The notes: generated by a model from the sequence alone, not told the origin. DNA of 64,000 bases from an uncultured Robiginitomaculum sp. (GCA_938015875.1 CALLXE010000047.1:7101-71100), one strand, 5' to 3'; positions 1 through 11,692 are shown, counted from the stretch's first letter. A program made the numbers and translations.

Positions 1-1
1 G

Positions 2-2032
2 GCCTGTGACGGTCTTGGTAAAGAACTGCAATTTGATCCGGCGCTGGTTGTTCCCGATATGAGTAAATCTATGGCCGGCGGGGCCATTGCGGCGTGGCCG
101 AACAAAGCCAGCGGGCTTTATATGCAGACGCTTAAGGCTCTCTCCGATGCCTATAAGTTTTCGCTGGATACAAAATGGAAAGACCTGTCGGAAGGCGCGC
201 AGGACGTCGTGCTTTACGGAACGCGCGGCGCGAAGATCAAATTTGTCTATAAGGATGAAGGCCGCAAATACGAAACGACCAAGCCGTTTGAAGGTGTCAT
301 CCCCAATTTAGAGCGCCGTTTTCGCGATACGGACAGTACTTGGATGCGCGACGAACTTGGCAAATATCAATCCGACGCGACGTGTACAGTCTGCGACGGA
401 AAACGTCTGCGCCCGGAGACATTATGCGTGAAAATTGACGGTATGGATATTACGCAAACCGGGGACATGTCCATTAAAGACGCGCTGGCGCGGTTTGTGA
501 AACTTGGTGAGGACCTCTCCAAAAAAGACATGGAAATCGCCGAGCGGATTTTAAAAGAGATTCGCGAGCGGCTGTCATTCTTGAACGCTGTCGGGCTGGA
601 TTATCTGACCCTTGGGCGCGGCTCGGGCTCTTTGTCCGGTGGTGAAAGTCAACGTATTCGCCTTGCCAGCCAAATCGGTTCGGGCCTGACGGGCGTGCTT
701 TATGTTCTTGATGAGCCGAGCATCGGTTTGCATCAGCGGGACAATGCACGGCTTTTGGAAACGCTGCAAAATCTGCGCGATCTGGGAAATACCGTCATCG
801 TGGTTGAGCATGATGAAGACGCCATCCTTACGGCGGATTATGTTGTTGATATGGGCCCCAAGGCCGGCGTTCACGGCGGCGAAGTTATTGCGGCCGGCAC
901 GCCGGATAAGATTAAAAAATCACGCAAATCCCTGACCGGGCAATATTTGACCGGAAAAAAGGAAATTGGCCTCAACCAAAAACGCCGTGAACGTGACCCG
1001 AAAAAAAATATCGTTATCCGAGGCGCGCGGGGCAATAATCTGAAAAATATTACCGCAGAATTTCCCATCGGCCTGATGACCTGCGTGACCGGAGTCTCCG
1101 GCGGAGGGAAATCAACTTTGGTTATTGAGACGCTTTATAAGGCCGCTGCCCGCGCGCTGAACAATAACTCAAACAAAGCCATGCCGTTTGACAGCGCCGA
1201 AGTGTTTGAGCGCATGGACAAGGTCATCGACATCAACCAATCGGCCATCGGCCGCACGCCGCGCTCTAACCCGGCCACTTACACCGGCGCGTTTACGCCC
1301 ATTCGCGATTGGTTCGCCGGCCTGCCCGAAGCTAAAACACGGGGCTATAAATCCGGCCGGTTTAGTTTCAACGTCAAAGGCGGGCGCTGTGAGGCGTGCC
1401 AAGGCGGCGGCGTCATAAAGATCGAAATGCACTTCCTTCCGGACGTTTATGTTGAGTGCGATACCTGCAAAGGCGCACGCTATAACCGCGAGACCTTAGA
1501 GATCAGATTCAAAGGCAAGAACATCGCGGATGTCCTTGATATGAACGTCGAAGAAGCGGCTGCGTTTTTTAAAGCTGTGCCGACCATTCGCGACAAACTG
1601 GTTACGTTGGAACGGGTCGGACTTGGCTATTTGAAAGTGGGGCAGCAAGCCACGACATTATCGGGCGGCGAAGCGCAGCGGGTTAAACTGGCCAAAGAAT
1701 TATCGAAACGCGCAACCGGCCGCACGCTCTATATTCTTGACGAGCCGACAACAGGGCTACATTTCGAAGACGTGAATAAACTGCTCGAAGTGCTGCAGGA
1801 ACTGGTTGAAACCGGTAATACTATGATCGTGATTGAGCATAATCTTGACGTTGTTAAAACCGCCGACTGGATCATTGATATAGGGCCCGAGGGCGGCGAC
1901 GGCGGCGGCGAAATTGTGGCGGCCGGAACGCCCCAAGATGTTGCTAAGGTCAAGGAGAGCTGGACCGGGCGTTATCTGAAACCGCTTTTAAAGCGCGATG
2001 CAGATCGCGCAAAGGCCCGCCTGAAACCGTAG
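2..2032 (+). CDS. uvrA: Excinuclease ABC subunit A (5'-partial, starts upstream of window)
   Basis: Two ABC signatures ([24 protein letters not shown]), Walker A GVSGGGKS, CxxC zinc fingers; the frame is open from position 2 (ACDGLG). Confidence 0.98.
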   Translation, partial: ACDGLGKELQFDPALVVPDMSKSMAGGAIAAWPNKASGLYMQTLKALSDAYKFSLDTKWKDLSEGAQDVVLYGTRGAKIKFVYKDEGRKYETTKPFEGVIPNLERRFRDTDSTWMRDELGKYQSDATCTVCDGKRLRPETLCVKIDGMDITQTGDMSIKDALARFVKLGEDLSKKDMEIAERILKEIRERLSFLNAVGLDYLTLGRGSGSLSGGESQRIRLASQIGSGLTGVLYVLDEPSIGLHQRDNARLLETLQNLRDLGNTVIVVEHDEDAILTADYVVDMGPKAGVHGGEVIAAGTPDKIKKSRKSLTGQYLTGKKEIGLNQKRRERDPKKNIVIRGARGNNLKNITAEFPIGLMTCVTGVSGGGKSTLVIETLYKAAARALNNNSNKAMPFDSAEVFERMDKVIDINQSAIGRTPRSNPATYTGAFTPIRDWFAGLPEAKTRGYKSGRFSFNVKGGRCEACQGGGVIKIEMHFLPDVYVECDTCKGARYNRETLEIRFKGKNIADVLDMNVEEAAAFFKAVPTIRDKLVTLERVGLGYLKVGQQATTLSGGEAQRVKLAKELSKRATGRTLYILDEPTTGLHFEDVNKLLEVLQELVETGNTMIVIEHNLDVVKTADWIIDIGPEGGDGGGEIVAAGTPQDVAKVKESWTGRYLKPLLKRDADRAKARLKP

Positions 2033-2058
2033 CAGGCGGCGTCCCTAATTTATGGGAT

Positions 2059-2086
2059 TTGCAAACGAATCAGGCGTGCGTATAAA
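2059..2086 (+). promoter_or_regulatory. Putative sigma70 promoter of the beta-barrel/FecR operon
   Basis: TTGCAA-N16-TATAAA upstream of ATG 2173. Confidence 0.5.
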
Positions 2087-2172
2087 GATTGCACGTGACC
2101 GTCGTCACGGACGGGGCGCACCATTTTACTTTATTGACGTCCCTTATTCGGTTTTTCGAAAAGGGCTCTTTG

Positions 2173-3462
2173 ATGACCAAACCAGGTTTTAAGAAAGCCG
2201 GCGCAGGGTTGCGTCTGGCTTTTATCGCGGCATCGCTGCCGTTGACAGGGCTCTTCGCCCTGCCGGCATCTGCGCAAATCACATTTGAGCAGGTTTTCGA
2301 AAACCCTGACAATCCGCAGCTGAATTTGGAATATGCCAAGCAGGAAGCGGCTGCCGGTAATCTTTTACAAGCGGCATCGACTCTGGAGCGTTTACTGTAT
2401 GCGGAGCCGAACTGGGATTCCGCCCGCATTTTTTACGCCGACGTTTTACTGCAACTTGATGACCGTCAGGCGGCAAGCCGCGAAATGATACTTCTGGAAA
2501 ACCGTCCGCTGACCGCGAGCCAACGCGCAGATTTGGTCCGTATTAATCAAGTCGTGACCGGCGCCCCAAAGGCCAAAAACCCACGCGGAATTTCCGGTCG
2601 GGCCTCTGTCGGTGTGCGCATTGATGATAACGGGGCCAACGCATTAACAGATGTCGTCAATCCATCATCTGATCAGGATGATGTGTCCCTGATTGCGCGG
2701 GCGTCACTGGGGGGTCGCACGCCTATAGTGGGCGGGCTTGATTTGCTCGGCGACGCGGGCGCTTATTTTCGCCTTCCGAGCGAAGACGCGTCGCGCAGCT
2801 ACAGCAACCTTCATATCAATCTGGGTATTGGCGGCGGCGAGCAAGTTGAATGGGACGTCCGGATGGGCGCGCGCAGCGTCGGGCTCGATGGTGATGACTT
2901 TCTGACAGAAATAGGCCCGCGTGCCGGCTTGGGCTTTAGCCTTAATGATACGACAACGGTGCGTCTTGGCGGCGCGGCTGTTTATCAGGATTACGAATTT
3001 CTCCCGAACCTGCCCAATGAGCAGTTTCGCACGGGGCAAAAATACTCCGTCATGGGGTCTGTATCTCATAAAGCGAGCGATAAAACCCGCATTGGCGCAA
3101 GCCTTGGCTTTGATGACAAACGCGCCAAAGCCGACATTTTGGCCTATGATGCATGGCGCGTCGGCGCGAATGTCTTTCATACGGTCAGTGCTGATCACTA
3201 TCTTCGCGGTAATGTCTCTTACCGCAGCGTATCCTATGACGGGCTGAACGGGTTTGTGACTCCGGCTGTTGCCCGCGAGGACGAGCATATTTACGCCCGC
3301 GCAGCCTATGGCGTGAGGTTGAGCGCAATCGCAGATATGTTCAGCGCGATGGACAGCGTCTTTCTGGAAGGTGCGGTCGATGTGATTGATCGCGGCTCTA
3401 ATATCGCCGTGTTTGATTATGATAATGTCGGGGCGTCTTTGTCCCTAAACTGGGATTTTTAA
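2173..3462 (+). CDS. TPR-containing outer-membrane beta-barrel protein (Slam/DUF560-like)
   Basis: Signal peptide (…LPASA|Q), TPR-like segment (NPDNPQLNLEYA…AASTLERLL…PNWDSARIFYA), amphipathic beta-strands, terminal SLNWDF. Start moved to MTKPG at 2173. Confidence 0.75.
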   Translation: MTKPGFKKAGAGLRLAFIAASLPLTGLFALPASAQITFEQVFENPDNPQLNLEYAKQEAAAGNLLQAASTLERLLYAEPNWDSARIFYADVLLQLDDRQAASREMILLENRPLTASQRADLVRINQVVTGAPKAKNPRGISGRASVGVRIDDNGANALTDVVNPSSDQDDVSLIARASLGGRTPIVGGLDLLGDAGAYFRLPSEDASRSYSNLHINLGIGGGEQVEWDVRMGARSVGLDGDDFLTEIGPRAGLGFSLNDTTTVRLGGAAVYQDYEFLPNLPNEQFRTGQKYSVMGSVSHKASDKTRIGASLGFDDKRAKADILAYDAWRVGANVFHTVSADHYLRGNVSYRSVSYDGLNGFVTPAVAREDEHIYARAAYGVRLSAIADMFSAMDSVFLEGAVDVIDRGSNIAVFDYDNVGASLSLNWDF

Positions 3463-3463
3463 T

Positions 3464-4468
3464 ATGACCCGTCTTATATCTTTTCCGTCCGTTTTCTCAA
3501 AAGTTACGCTGACATTTACAGCCGTGTTGCTCACGACAAGCGCCGCGTTTTCTGCGACCGAACAGGTTGGCATCAATGCCGCCGTCAAAGGTAATGTTAC
3601 CATTCAAAGCGGCGCCGCGCAGGCGCAACAGGCCGAGATTAAAGCGCCGGTTTTCCTCGGTGATGAAGTTAATTCCAAAAAGAAAAGCGCGCTGCAAGTC
3701 CTGCTGAAGGATCAAAGCGTCTTTACGGTCGGCCCGCAATGCGCGCTGACAATCGATAAATTTGTGTATGATCCTGCAAAAAACAACAATCAAATATCTG
3801 CGAATGTGAAGCAAGGCATGTTCCGTTTCATGTCCGGCAAAGTTTCTAAATCGAACCCAAATAACGTATCGGTCGATACGCCTGTAGCCTCGATGGGGAT
3901 ACGGGGAACGATAGTCGAAGGTTTGGTCGGGGCGGACGCCGTGGCATACGCTGTCGATGCCGGTATTATCACGGCCGGAACGCCGGTTGACCTGTCGGGC
4001 GCAACTTTGGTCATTCTGCGCGGCCCGGGAAAAGCCAATAGCGGCAATGATCGCCGCGGCATGATAAGCGTAACGTCGGGCGGGCGCACAGTCGATTTGC
4101 GCAATGCAGGCATGGGCGCATTTGTCCCTGATGCCAATACTGCACCGATTGTCATTAAACAGATACCTGCGGAGATATTTGAGAAATTCAGCAGCCTGCT
4201 TCGCACGCGGCCTACGGCCGGCGGGACTTATAAGCCGTTCAGTTTTGACAGCGGCTATATCGCAGGCAACGCGCCGAGTGTTCCCCACGAAACTGGCGAT
4301 GATGAAAACCCGCTGATTGATTTAGACTGGCCGTCAGATCCCGGTGATTTGTTTGAAGCGGGGGAATTTGCCTGCTATCCGGGGAATCCGAATTATCCGG
4401 CCTGCGATGTCATGGATGATATGACGGATGAAAATACTGAGGAACTTATTGATGACAACGGATCTTAA
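3464..4468 (+). CDS. Secreted FecR-domain protein
   Basis: Signal peptide, FecR-like motifs (VFLGDEV, DQSVFTVGP, GMFRFMSG, TPVASMGIRGT), acidic tail; starts 1 nt after the barrel gene. Confidence 0.8.
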   Translation: MTRLISFPSVFSKVTLTFTAVLLTTSAAFSATEQVGINAAVKGNVTIQSGAAQAQQAEIKAPVFLGDEVNSKKKSALQVLLKDQSVFTVGPQCALTIDKFVYDPAKNNNQISANVKQGMFRFMSGKVSKSNPNNVSVDTPVASMGIRGTIVEGLVGADAVAYAVDAGIITAGTPVDLSGATLVILRGPGKANSGNDRRGMISVTSGGRTVDLRNAGMGAFVPDANTAPIVIKQIPAEIFEKFSSLLRTRPTAGGTYKPFSFDSGYIAGNAPSVPHETGDDENPLIDLDWPSDPGDLFEAGEFACYPGNPNYPACDVMDDMTDENTEELIDDNGS

Positions 4469-4496
4469 GGCTTCTGCAGTGCGTTAGCTGTTATTT

Positions 4497-5483
4497 TTAC
4501 TCAAAAGTTCTGCTGAACCGCTCTGCGCCGCCCCACAAAGCGGCATAACTGCCAATTCCCGACAGGCATAAAAACCAGAGGGACATTAATGCGCCATAGG
4601 CGATGATGCAGATTATACCGGAGAAGATCACTACGGGGTTTTTTATGCGCTGCGCCGCCGCTTCGGTGATAGCGGCCGTATCGAGCACGCCTGAGGCTAT
4701 CCCGCTTTCGCCCGATTGTAACGCGTCACCAAACGCAATCCCGAGCCCCACTGATGACACCACAGATGTCACGATTGTTCCGGCAATATAGACTAGCACA
4801 AAACTGCCAAACAGCGGCCAAAACCGACCTTTGGTGATATCGGCGGCTTCGCGAACAACTAAATTTCCGGATCCGACACCCATTGCCGCCGCAGGCATAA
4901 GCCGCACAGCGATTTTACACATAAAATACAGCACAGCCAAAAGCGCGATAACGCCAATCGCGCCCCCGATAGCGCCAAGCGCCGCAGTCAGCAGTCCGCC
5001 CAAGGCGAGCGCGCCAATCATGCCAACCAAATAGACTCCAAAGATCAGTCCCCAAACACAAAGCTGTGTCAGCATTACCCGAATTTCGTCCGCACCAAAC
5101 CGAACAGGTCGCCCCGGCAGTTCAACGTCTCGCAGGACTTTACGGTGAAGCGCCGCCTCACCCATAACGGCTGAAATCCAAAGCCCTAAAATCATAACCA
5201 AATATCCGGGCGCCGCATTGCTTATCAAGCCACCTACTGACAGGATCAACTCATCATCAGGTTTTTGCCCGGACATTATCGCCTCAACATATTGGGTTTG
5301 CCACGCCATCAGCGCCGGGTAATGCGGCGCGATTATCGGCACGGCAAGTAACAGGGCCAAAACCATAGGAATAGCGGTCCAAAACCAAAGACGTTTGGCA
5401 AAAGCCGGCCCGCCCGATGTTTGAAACGGCATAGTGACGGATTTGCCGAAATCGAACGGCGTGCCTGAGGGGGTCTGCGGCAT
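4497..5483 (-). CDS. Multi-pass membrane protein of unknown function (paralog of 5649..6542)
   Basis: About 6 hydrophobic segments; EAALHR…RFGADE…RLMPAAA…TKGRFWPLF motifs; start at MPQTP. Confidence 0.75.
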   Translation of the reverse strand: MPQTPSGTPFDFGKSVTMPFQTSGGPAFAKRLWFWTAIPMVLALLLAVPIIAPHYPALMAWQTQYVEAIMSGQKPDDELILSVGGLISNAAPGYLVMILGLWISAVMGEAALHRKVLRDVELPGRPVRFGADEIRVMLTQLCVWGLIFGVYLVGMIGALALGGLLTAALGAIGGAIGVIALLAVLYFMCKIAVRLMPAAAMGVGSGNLVVREAADITKGRFWPLFGSFVLVYIAGTIVTSVVSSVGLGIAFGDALQSGESGIASGVLDTAAITEAAAQRIKNPVVIFSGIICIIAYGALMSLWFLCLSGIGSYAALWGGAERFSRTFE

Positions 5484-5589
5484 GATAGGTTTCCCGATAA
5501 TAAAGCGCGATATTGTAACGGCGCGGATATTGCTTTGACCTGCTGCATAGACCGGCATTAAAGACGGGGTCAACCAAGCCGGGTCCAAC

Positions 5590-5621
5590 AAAAAAACGCG
5601 CCCGGTAAGCCGGACGCGTTT
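5590..5621 (-). terminator. Rho-independent terminator of 5649..6542
   Basis: Hairpin AACGCGCCCGG-TAAG-CCGGACGCGTT with an A-run on + (U-tract on -). Confidence 0.65.
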
Positions 5622-5648
5622 CTCAGAGATTTTGATGAGGACTTAAGC

Positions 5649-6542
5649 CTAGCTGAACACGTCAGCATTAGGCGTTGCTCCTGCCCATTTTTTCACGACG
5701 TAACTGCCGATACCGAGCATCATCGGAATAGAGAACAGATAGATGAGTATCATGCCGGCAAACAACAAAATACCGCTCGCACCGGCAAGACCTGTAATTG
5801 CTGTCGGGTCACCCATGGCGCCGCCCATCAAAACCGTAGGACCGACTGTGATAAATGCCAAAGCGATAAGCATCGCATAGAGCGCAACAATGAAAAGAAG
5901 GTATGTCAGGAAAATCCACCATCCGCGGTATTTTGAAACCTTGAGCGCGCCTAAGACAACCGGCCTTTTTGCGTAAACACTCATTGCGCCGGCCGGGCTA
6001 AGCCGCACCATAAAGCCGATGAGGAAAACGTAAAATATGATCATCGGAATCGCGGCCAAAGCCGGCGTAATCATTCCCAATATGCTGCCAACGATAGCCG
6101 CCAATATAACCCCTGCGATACTGATCAGGAAAACAATGCCGTAAACGCCTAAAATTGCGAGAAAAACATTCTTCTCGTCCTGTCCCAAACGAAACGGAAA
6201 TCCGCCCGATTGCAAACCCAACATACGCCTGTGCATGCAGGACTCGATAACGGCGGCTATATAGGCCCCAAATACGATCAAAAGAATATAAGCCAAAATC
6301 ATCATGCCAATGGCGCCGGGGCCGATACCGGACATATCACCGGTACTCAACGCGGCCATAGATCCGCCCATAATAAGCGCCAAAACGGCGAACAGCGCGA
6401 TGTAAGCGACGATCATTATAAGGACGGCCAAGGCCCCGAAACCCAATGAGAACTTCAGACTGCCCTGATCCCGGAAGCTGTGGGTCATTGCGTGCCATAC
6501 ATTAAAGCCCGTCTCGGACTTACGCGGTTCGATAGTATCCAT
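5649..6542 (-). CDS. Multi-pass membrane protein of unknown function
   Basis: About 6 hydrophobic segments; ESCMHR…RLGQDE…RLSPAGA…SKYRGWWIF; AGGAGAG RBS upstream. Confidence 0.8.
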   Translation of the reverse strand: MDTIEPRKSETGFNVWHAMTHSFRDQGSLKFSLGFGALAVLIMIVAYIALFAVLALIMGGSMAALSTGDMSGIGPGAIGMMILAYILLIVFGAYIAAVIESCMHRRMLGLQSGGFPFRLGQDEKNVFLAILGVYGIVFLISIAGVILAAIVGSILGMITPALAAIPMIIFYVFLIGFMVRLSPAGAMSVYAKRPVVLGALKVSKYRGWWIFLTYLLFIVALYAMLIALAFITVGPTVLMGGAMGDPTAITGLAGASGILLFAGMILIYLFSIPMMLGIGSYVVKKWAGATPNADVFS

Positions 6543-6711
6543 TTTGTCTCTCTCCTTAATTTAAATTAACCTTGCGCAAATTTAAGATAGAGGTCAACGG
6601 TTTTCGCGGAAAGATTTAAGGCGTTAAACCGCTTTATCGGTCGATATTTTTCGCGCATTTGTCGCCCTCATTCCTATTGAAGCGGGGCGCGGGATTGGCT
6701 AAGTCCGCGCC

Positions 6712-8115
6712 ATGACTGATACAGCGAAAACACACAAGCCCATTCACATTATCGGCGGAGGCCTTGCAGGCTCCGAAGCTGCATGGCAAATCGCTCAGCG
6801 CGGCGTCCCCGTTATTTTGCATGAGATGCGCCCCGTTAAGAAAACGGCGGCCCACGAAACCGATGGCCTCGCCGAAATGGTCTGCTCCAATTCGTTTCGC
6901 AGCGATGACGCTATGGGTAATGCGGTCGGCCTTTTGCACGAAGAAATGCGGCGCGCAGACTCGCTGATTATGAAATGCGCTGACGCCCATAAATTGCCGG
7001 CAGGCGGCGCTCTGGCTGTTGACAGAGGCGAGTTTTCCAAAGCGGTTACTCAAAACATTAAAAGTCATCCCCTGATTACGATCGAGATCGGCGAAGTTGC
7101 CGGCTTGCCGCCGGAAGATTGGGGCAGCACGATTATCGCCACAGGACCGCTCACATCAGAGCCGCTCGCCCAAGCTATATTAGATGTTACGGGCGAAGAC
7201 AGCCTTGCTTTTTTTGACGCGATTGCGCCGATTATCCATAAAGACAGCATCAATTTTGACATTGCCTGGATGCAATCACGTTATGACAAAAAAGGCCCCG
7301 GCGGCGACGGCGCGGACTATATTAATTGCCCTATGAATAAAGAAGAATATGAGACATTCGTTCAGGCACTGATCGACTCTGACCAAACCGAGTTTAAGGA
7401 TTGGGAAAAAAACACGCCCTACTTTGAAGCTTGCCTCCCGATTGAAGTGATCGCGTCACGCGGACCGGAGACGCTGCGCTGGGGACCGATGAAGCCGGTC
7501 GGTCTGACGAACCCTCATGACCCGATGGTAAAATCACATGCAATCGTGCAACTTCGCCAAGACAACGCGCTGGGCACGATTTACAACATGGTCGGTTTCC
7601 AAACGAAGATGAAATACGGCGCGCAGACAGAGATTCTGCGCACGATACCGGGGCTGGAAAAAGCTGAATTTGCCCGCCTTGGCGGTATTCACCGCAACAC
7701 GTTTATCAACTCTCCCTTGTTATTAAACAACCAGTTACAGCTTAAATCTCGACCGGATTTGCGCTTCGCCGGACAGATCATGGGCGTCGAAGGTTATGTT
7801 GAAAGCGCAGCTTTGGGCCTGATCGCAGGCCGTATGGCGGCAGCGCAGGCTTTGGGCAGCGAGTACCCTGCTCCGCCGAAAACAACGGCGATGGGATCAC
7901 TGGTAGAGCACGTCACAGGCGGTTATATGAATGGGCCGAAGGCTAAGTTTCAGCCTATGAACGTCAATTACGGCATTTTCCCGCCTATTGAGGATTTGGT
8001 ATATAAATCCGAAGATGGCAAACGCATGCGCGGCAAAGACAAAGTACGCTTTCGCAAACGCCATTTCAGCCTGCGCGCCTTAGAAGATATTCAGGATTGG
8101 ATAGACGTCGGATAA
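6712..8115 (+). CDS. trmFO: Folate/FAD-dependent tRNA m5U54 methyltransferase
   Basis: [52 protein letters not shown]. Confidence 0.97.
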   Translation: MTDTAKTHKPIHIIGGGLAGSEAAWQIAQRGVPVILHEMRPVKKTAAHETDGLAEMVCSNSFRSDDAMGNAVGLLHEEMRRADSLIMKCADAHKLPAGGALAVDRGEFSKAVTQNIKSHPLITIEIGEVAGLPPEDWGSTIIATGPLTSEPLAQAILDVTGEDSLAFFDAIAPIIHKDSINFDIAWMQSRYDKKGPGGDGADYINCPMNKEEYETFVQALIDSDQTEFKDWEKNTPYFEACLPIEVIASRGPETLRWGPMKPVGLTNPHDPMVKSHAIVQLRQDNALGTIYNMVGFQTKMKYGAQTEILRTIPGLEKAEFARLGGIHRNTFINSPLLLNNQLQLKSRPDLRFAGQIMGVEGYVESAALGLIAGRMAAAQALGSEYPAPPKTTAMGSLVEHVTGGYMNGPKAKFQPMNVNYGIFPPIEDLVYKSEDGKRMRGKDKVRFRKRHFSLRALEDIQDWIDVG

Positions 8116-8129
8116 GCGCCGATTACAGG

Positions 8130-8618
8130 CTAATATTTGCCGCTGTCGCGTAATATACGGCTTTTTTGCTTGCCCCATTCGCGGTCTTTTTGGACCTGAC
8201 GTTTTTCAAACTCGCGCTTACCTGTACCGACACCCAGCAATAGTTTTGCGATACCCTTATCGTTGAAATACATTTTAAGCGGCACAATCGTGCGGCCTTT
8301 GCGTTCGCGCAGCGCAACCAATTTTCCGATCTCTTTGCGTTTCAGCAGCAGTTTACGATGCCGTTTCGGCTCATGATTAAACTGACTTGCCGGCTCATAG
8401 ATCGGAATGTTGGCGTTAATCAGGATAATTTCGCCGCCCTCAACAGAGGCGTAGCTTTCGGCAATATTAATCCGCCCGACCCGAAGCGACTTTACTTCAG
8501 TACCCAGCAATTGAATCCCGGCTTCAAAGGTTTCTTCAATGGCATAATCAAACCGCGCGCGGCGATTTTCCGCGATGGTTTTATTATTGTCATTGGGTTT
8601 CTTTTTTTTAGTCGCCAT
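8130..8618 (-). CDS. smpB: SsrA-binding protein
   Basis: NRRARFDY…[20 protein letters not shown], basic tail; start at MATKK. Confidence 0.97.
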   Translation of the reverse strand: MATKKKKPNDNNKTIAENRRARFDYAIEETFEAGIQLLGTEVKSLRVGRINIAESYASVEGGEIILINANIPIYEPASQFNHEPKRHRKLLLKRKEIGKLVALRERKGRTIVPLKMYFNDKGIAKLLLGVGTGKREFEKRQVQKDREWGKQKSRILRDSGKY

Positions 8619-8623
8619 CTGAA

Positions 8624-9499
8624 TCAGTATGCAATTCCGGCGCGGGTCATGGCGGCCTTGACGGCCGTTTTTGTCTCGTCGCGGCAAGGCGTCATCGGCA
8701 AACGCACATATGTATCCATTTTCCCCATCAGGCTGAGCGCATATTTTGCAGGCGCAGGGCTGGGGTCAAGGAACAGGTCTTTGTGAAGGCGGTCCAGCGT
8801 TTTGTGTATCGCCAACGCTTTGACAAAGTCTTTCGCAATCATGGCGTTATGCAAGGCCGCGTATTGCGCCGGCGCAATATTAGACCCTACAGAAATGCAG
8901 CCATGCCCGCCTTGGGCCGCATAACCCAAAGATGACGGATCATCACCGGACAACTGTATAAAATCAGAACCGCAGCGATCTTCCAATCCCGTAACCCGGG
9001 TTATATCACCGGTCGCATCTTTACAGCCAATAACATGCTCCAGCGTAGCCAGACGGCCCATAGTGTCGTTGGTAATATCGACAACGCTGCGGCCCGGAAT
9101 ATTATAAACGATGATCGGAATATCGACAGCGTCGTTGATCGCTTTGAAATGCTGATAAATACCGTCTTGGCTGGGCTTGTTATAATAAGGCGTCACAACC
9201 AAAGCTGCATCCGCGCCGAGCTTTTTGGCGTGCTTGGCATATTTTACCGAAACGGTCGTTTCATTTGACCCTGCGCCGGCGATCACAGGTACGCGGCCGG
9301 CGGCCGTTTCTACGCACAGGGCGATAACCCTTTGATGCTCTTTATCGGTCAGCGTCGCTGATTCGCCGGTCGTTCCGCAAGGGACCAATCCGTGAATACC
9401 GGAGGCGATTTGCCATTCAACGAAATCACAGAAGGCTTTTTCGTCAATTGTGCCGTTTTTAAAGGGCGTTACGAGGGCTGTTAGCGAACCTTTAATCAT
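8624..9499 (-). CDS. dapA: 4-hydroxy-tetrahydrodipicolinate synthase
   Basis: [29 protein letters not shown]. Confidence 0.97.
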   Translation of the reverse strand: MIKGSLTALVTPFKNGTIDEKAFCDFVEWQIASGIHGLVPCGTTGESATLTDKEHQRVIALCVETAAGRVPVIAGAGSNETTVSVKYAKHAKKLGADAALVVTPYYNKPSQDGIYQHFKAINDAVDIPIIVYNIPGRSVVDITNDTMGRLATLEHVIGCKDATGDITRVTGLEDRCGSDFIQLSGDDPSSLGYAAQGGHGCISVGSNIAPAQYAALHNAMIAKDFVKALAIHKTLDRLHKDLFLDPSPAPAKYALSLMGKMDTYVRLPMTPCRDETKTAVKAAMTRAGIAY

Positions 9500-9625
9500 G
9501 TCAGTTTCTTATCGTTTGAGCTGTTCCGAACTGCAATCAGGCATTTCAGGACGGCATGTGTAAATTTAAGAGGCGTCATAGCTTTCTTTTGTTGCTCCGC
9601 GCAAGCGAAGCGTTAGGTTTGTTTC

Positions 9626-11692
9626 ATGTTATTGCGTTTTGTCGGGCGTTACGCCCGCATCTTTTCTGTCAGTATTGCGCTGACTGTGGCGGCTTTAGGG
9701 CCGACCGCAGCGCAAGGCATTACTAATGTTCCGACGCCGCGCATAAAACCTGCCGCGCCCAGCAGTTCTCAGTTTTTGGATAAATCAGACGCGCGGGAAT
9801 TTCGCCTTGGATTGGCGTCTGCTGATCGCCGCATCTGGAGTGATGTAGACCGCCGCATAGCAGCCCTTAAAGATCCGATTGCCAAAGATGTTTTGCGGTG
9901 GCGCAAAGCCGCCGATGACGGCAGCGCAAGCTTTGAAGACCTGACACGGGTTATTCAATACCAACCGGACTGGCCCCGCATGGTTCGCATTCGTTCCAAA
10001 GCCGAAAAAATGCTGTTTGACGACACGCCGCTCTCTGCAGCGGACACTGTAGGCTGGTTTGCCGGTATGGAGCCTGTTTCCGGCGAAGGCCGGGCGGCGC
10101 TCGCCGTAGCCCATTATAAGCTCGGCAATAAAACGAGCGGCGATCAATGGTTGAAACTGGCGTGGCGCGAAAGCAAGCTGACCCGCGACCGGCAGCGCTA
10201 TTTGTTTTCGCGTTATAAAGATCGATTGTCCAAAGACGATCATGCGGCGCGCGCTGACTATTTGATTTGGCTGGGAAAATCTTATTTTTCAAGCGCCGAA
10301 GCACTTCTTCCCCATATGAGCCGCGCTGACAGTAATTTAATGAACGCCCGAATTCGGGTGGGCGCAAACCGTTCGGGTATGGATGCCGCAATCAAAAGGC
10401 TGACACCGGCGCAAGCCAAAGATACCGGCCTTTTATTTGAACGGGCGCGATGGCGCCGCACCCGCAAAAGCAAAGACTATGCCCTTCCCGTCTACCAACA
10501 AATCAAGGCCCCTGCCTCGACGGAATCCGGCCGCAAACGGATGTGGTTTGAGTTAAAACTGATGGCCTATTGGCAGCTTGAAAGCGGGAAATACAATACT
10601 GCCTATAATTTAGTGCAAAACCACGGCTATACCCGAGGAACGCAATTTGCCGAGGCAGAATTTTTTTCCGGCTGGCTCGCCCTGACGCAGATGAATAATC
10701 CACAGCGGGCTTTACGTCATTTCACAACTTTGCGTGATAATGTCAGTACGCCGGTATCACGGTCGCGCGGCGCCTATTGGCAGGGCCGGGCCGCGCAGGC
10801 GGCTAATGATGTTAACGCGCAGGCTTACTACGCCGATGCGGCGCAACACATTAATACGTTCTATGGTCAACTGGCCGCAAGTGAGCTTGCCGGCAGTGGC
10901 GCAACAATTACTCTGCCGCCTGAGGATGACGGGCAGTTTCAAAGCGCGGAATTTGAAGCCCGCCCGATTATTCGCGGCCTTCGCCTTGTCGGGGAAACCG
11001 GCAATGAACGGATTTTCCGGCAAATGGCGTTTCACCTTGATGACGAGTTAGAAAGCCCGCAAGAGCTGTCATTACTGGCATCCCTGTCCCGCGATTACCG
11101 TTTTTATTCTCCCGGCGTCCGCGCCGCAAAGCAGGCCGGGCGGTTCAATACAATCCTCACGGAATCGTCCTATCCCACGCCAAACGTGATTACGGACTTA
11201 GGCAGTGAATTTGACTTGCCCTTCGTGCTCGCCATTGCGCGTCAGGAAAGTGAATTTGATACAAGCGCTGTCAGTTCCGCCAAAGCATACGGCATGATGC
11301 AAATGATTGACGGCACGGCGCGCTATACTGCGCGCAAACATCGCCTGAAATATCGCAAAAGCTGGCTGACTTCAGATCAAGACTACGCGGCAAAACTTGG
11401 TGCGCATCATTTACATGACCTGCTCAAAACCTATGACGGATCTTACATCATGGCAGCGGCGGCTTACAATGCCGGGGCTTCGCGGGTTAATAAGTGGAAC
11501 CGGGTTTATGGCGACCCGCGCAAAGGCGAAATCACCCCGATAGATTGGGCGGAAAACATTCCGTTTTCCGAAACCCGAAATTACGTCCAGCGCGTTCTTG
11601 AGAATATAAATGTGTACCGCGCAAGGCTGGACGGTAATCAGGCCCCGCTGCTTATTGAGCAAGACCTTAGCGTCGGCTCGTCATTTCGTTAG
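9626..11692 (+). CDS. slt: Soluble lytic murein transglycosylase (Slt70-like)
   Basis: Signal peptide, helical N-domain, SLT motifs AIARQES, GMMQ, AAYNAG, ETRNYV. Confidence 0.9.
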   Translation: MLLRFVGRYARIFSVSIALTVAALGPTAAQGITNVPTPRIKPAAPSSSQFLDKSDAREFRLGLASADRRIWSDVDRRIAALKDPIAKDVLRWRKAADDGSASFEDLTRVIQYQPDWPRMVRIRSKAEKMLFDDTPLSAADTVGWFAGMEPVSGEGRAALAVAHYKLGNKTSGDQWLKLAWRESKLTRDRQRYLFSRYKDRLSKDDHAARADYLIWLGKSYFSSAEALLPHMSRADSNLMNARIRVGANRSGMDAAIKRLTPAQAKDTGLLFERARWRRTRKSKDYALPVYQQIKAPASTESGRKRMWFELKLMAYWQLESGKYNTAYNLVQNHGYTRGTQFAEAEFFSGWLALTQMNNPQRALRHFTTLRDNVSTPVSRSRGAYWQGRAAQAANDVNAQAYYADAAQHINTFYGQLAASELAGSGATITLPPEDDGQFQSAEFEARPIIRGLRLVGETGNERIFRQMAFHLDDELESPQELSLLASLSRDYRFYSPGVRAAKQAGRFNTILTESSYPTPNVITDLGSEFDLPFVLAIARQESEFDTSAVSSAKAYGMMQMIDGTARYTARKHRLKYRKSWLTSDQDYAAKLGAHHLHDLLKTYDGSYIMAAAAYNAGASRVNKWNRVYGDPRKGEITPIDWAENIPFSETRNYVQRVLENINVYRARLDGNQAPLLIEQDLSVGSSFR

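Noticed and set aside
6550-6630. TTAA-rich stretch resembling CtrA sites
   Set aside because: Spacings are 4 or 6 nt, not 7.
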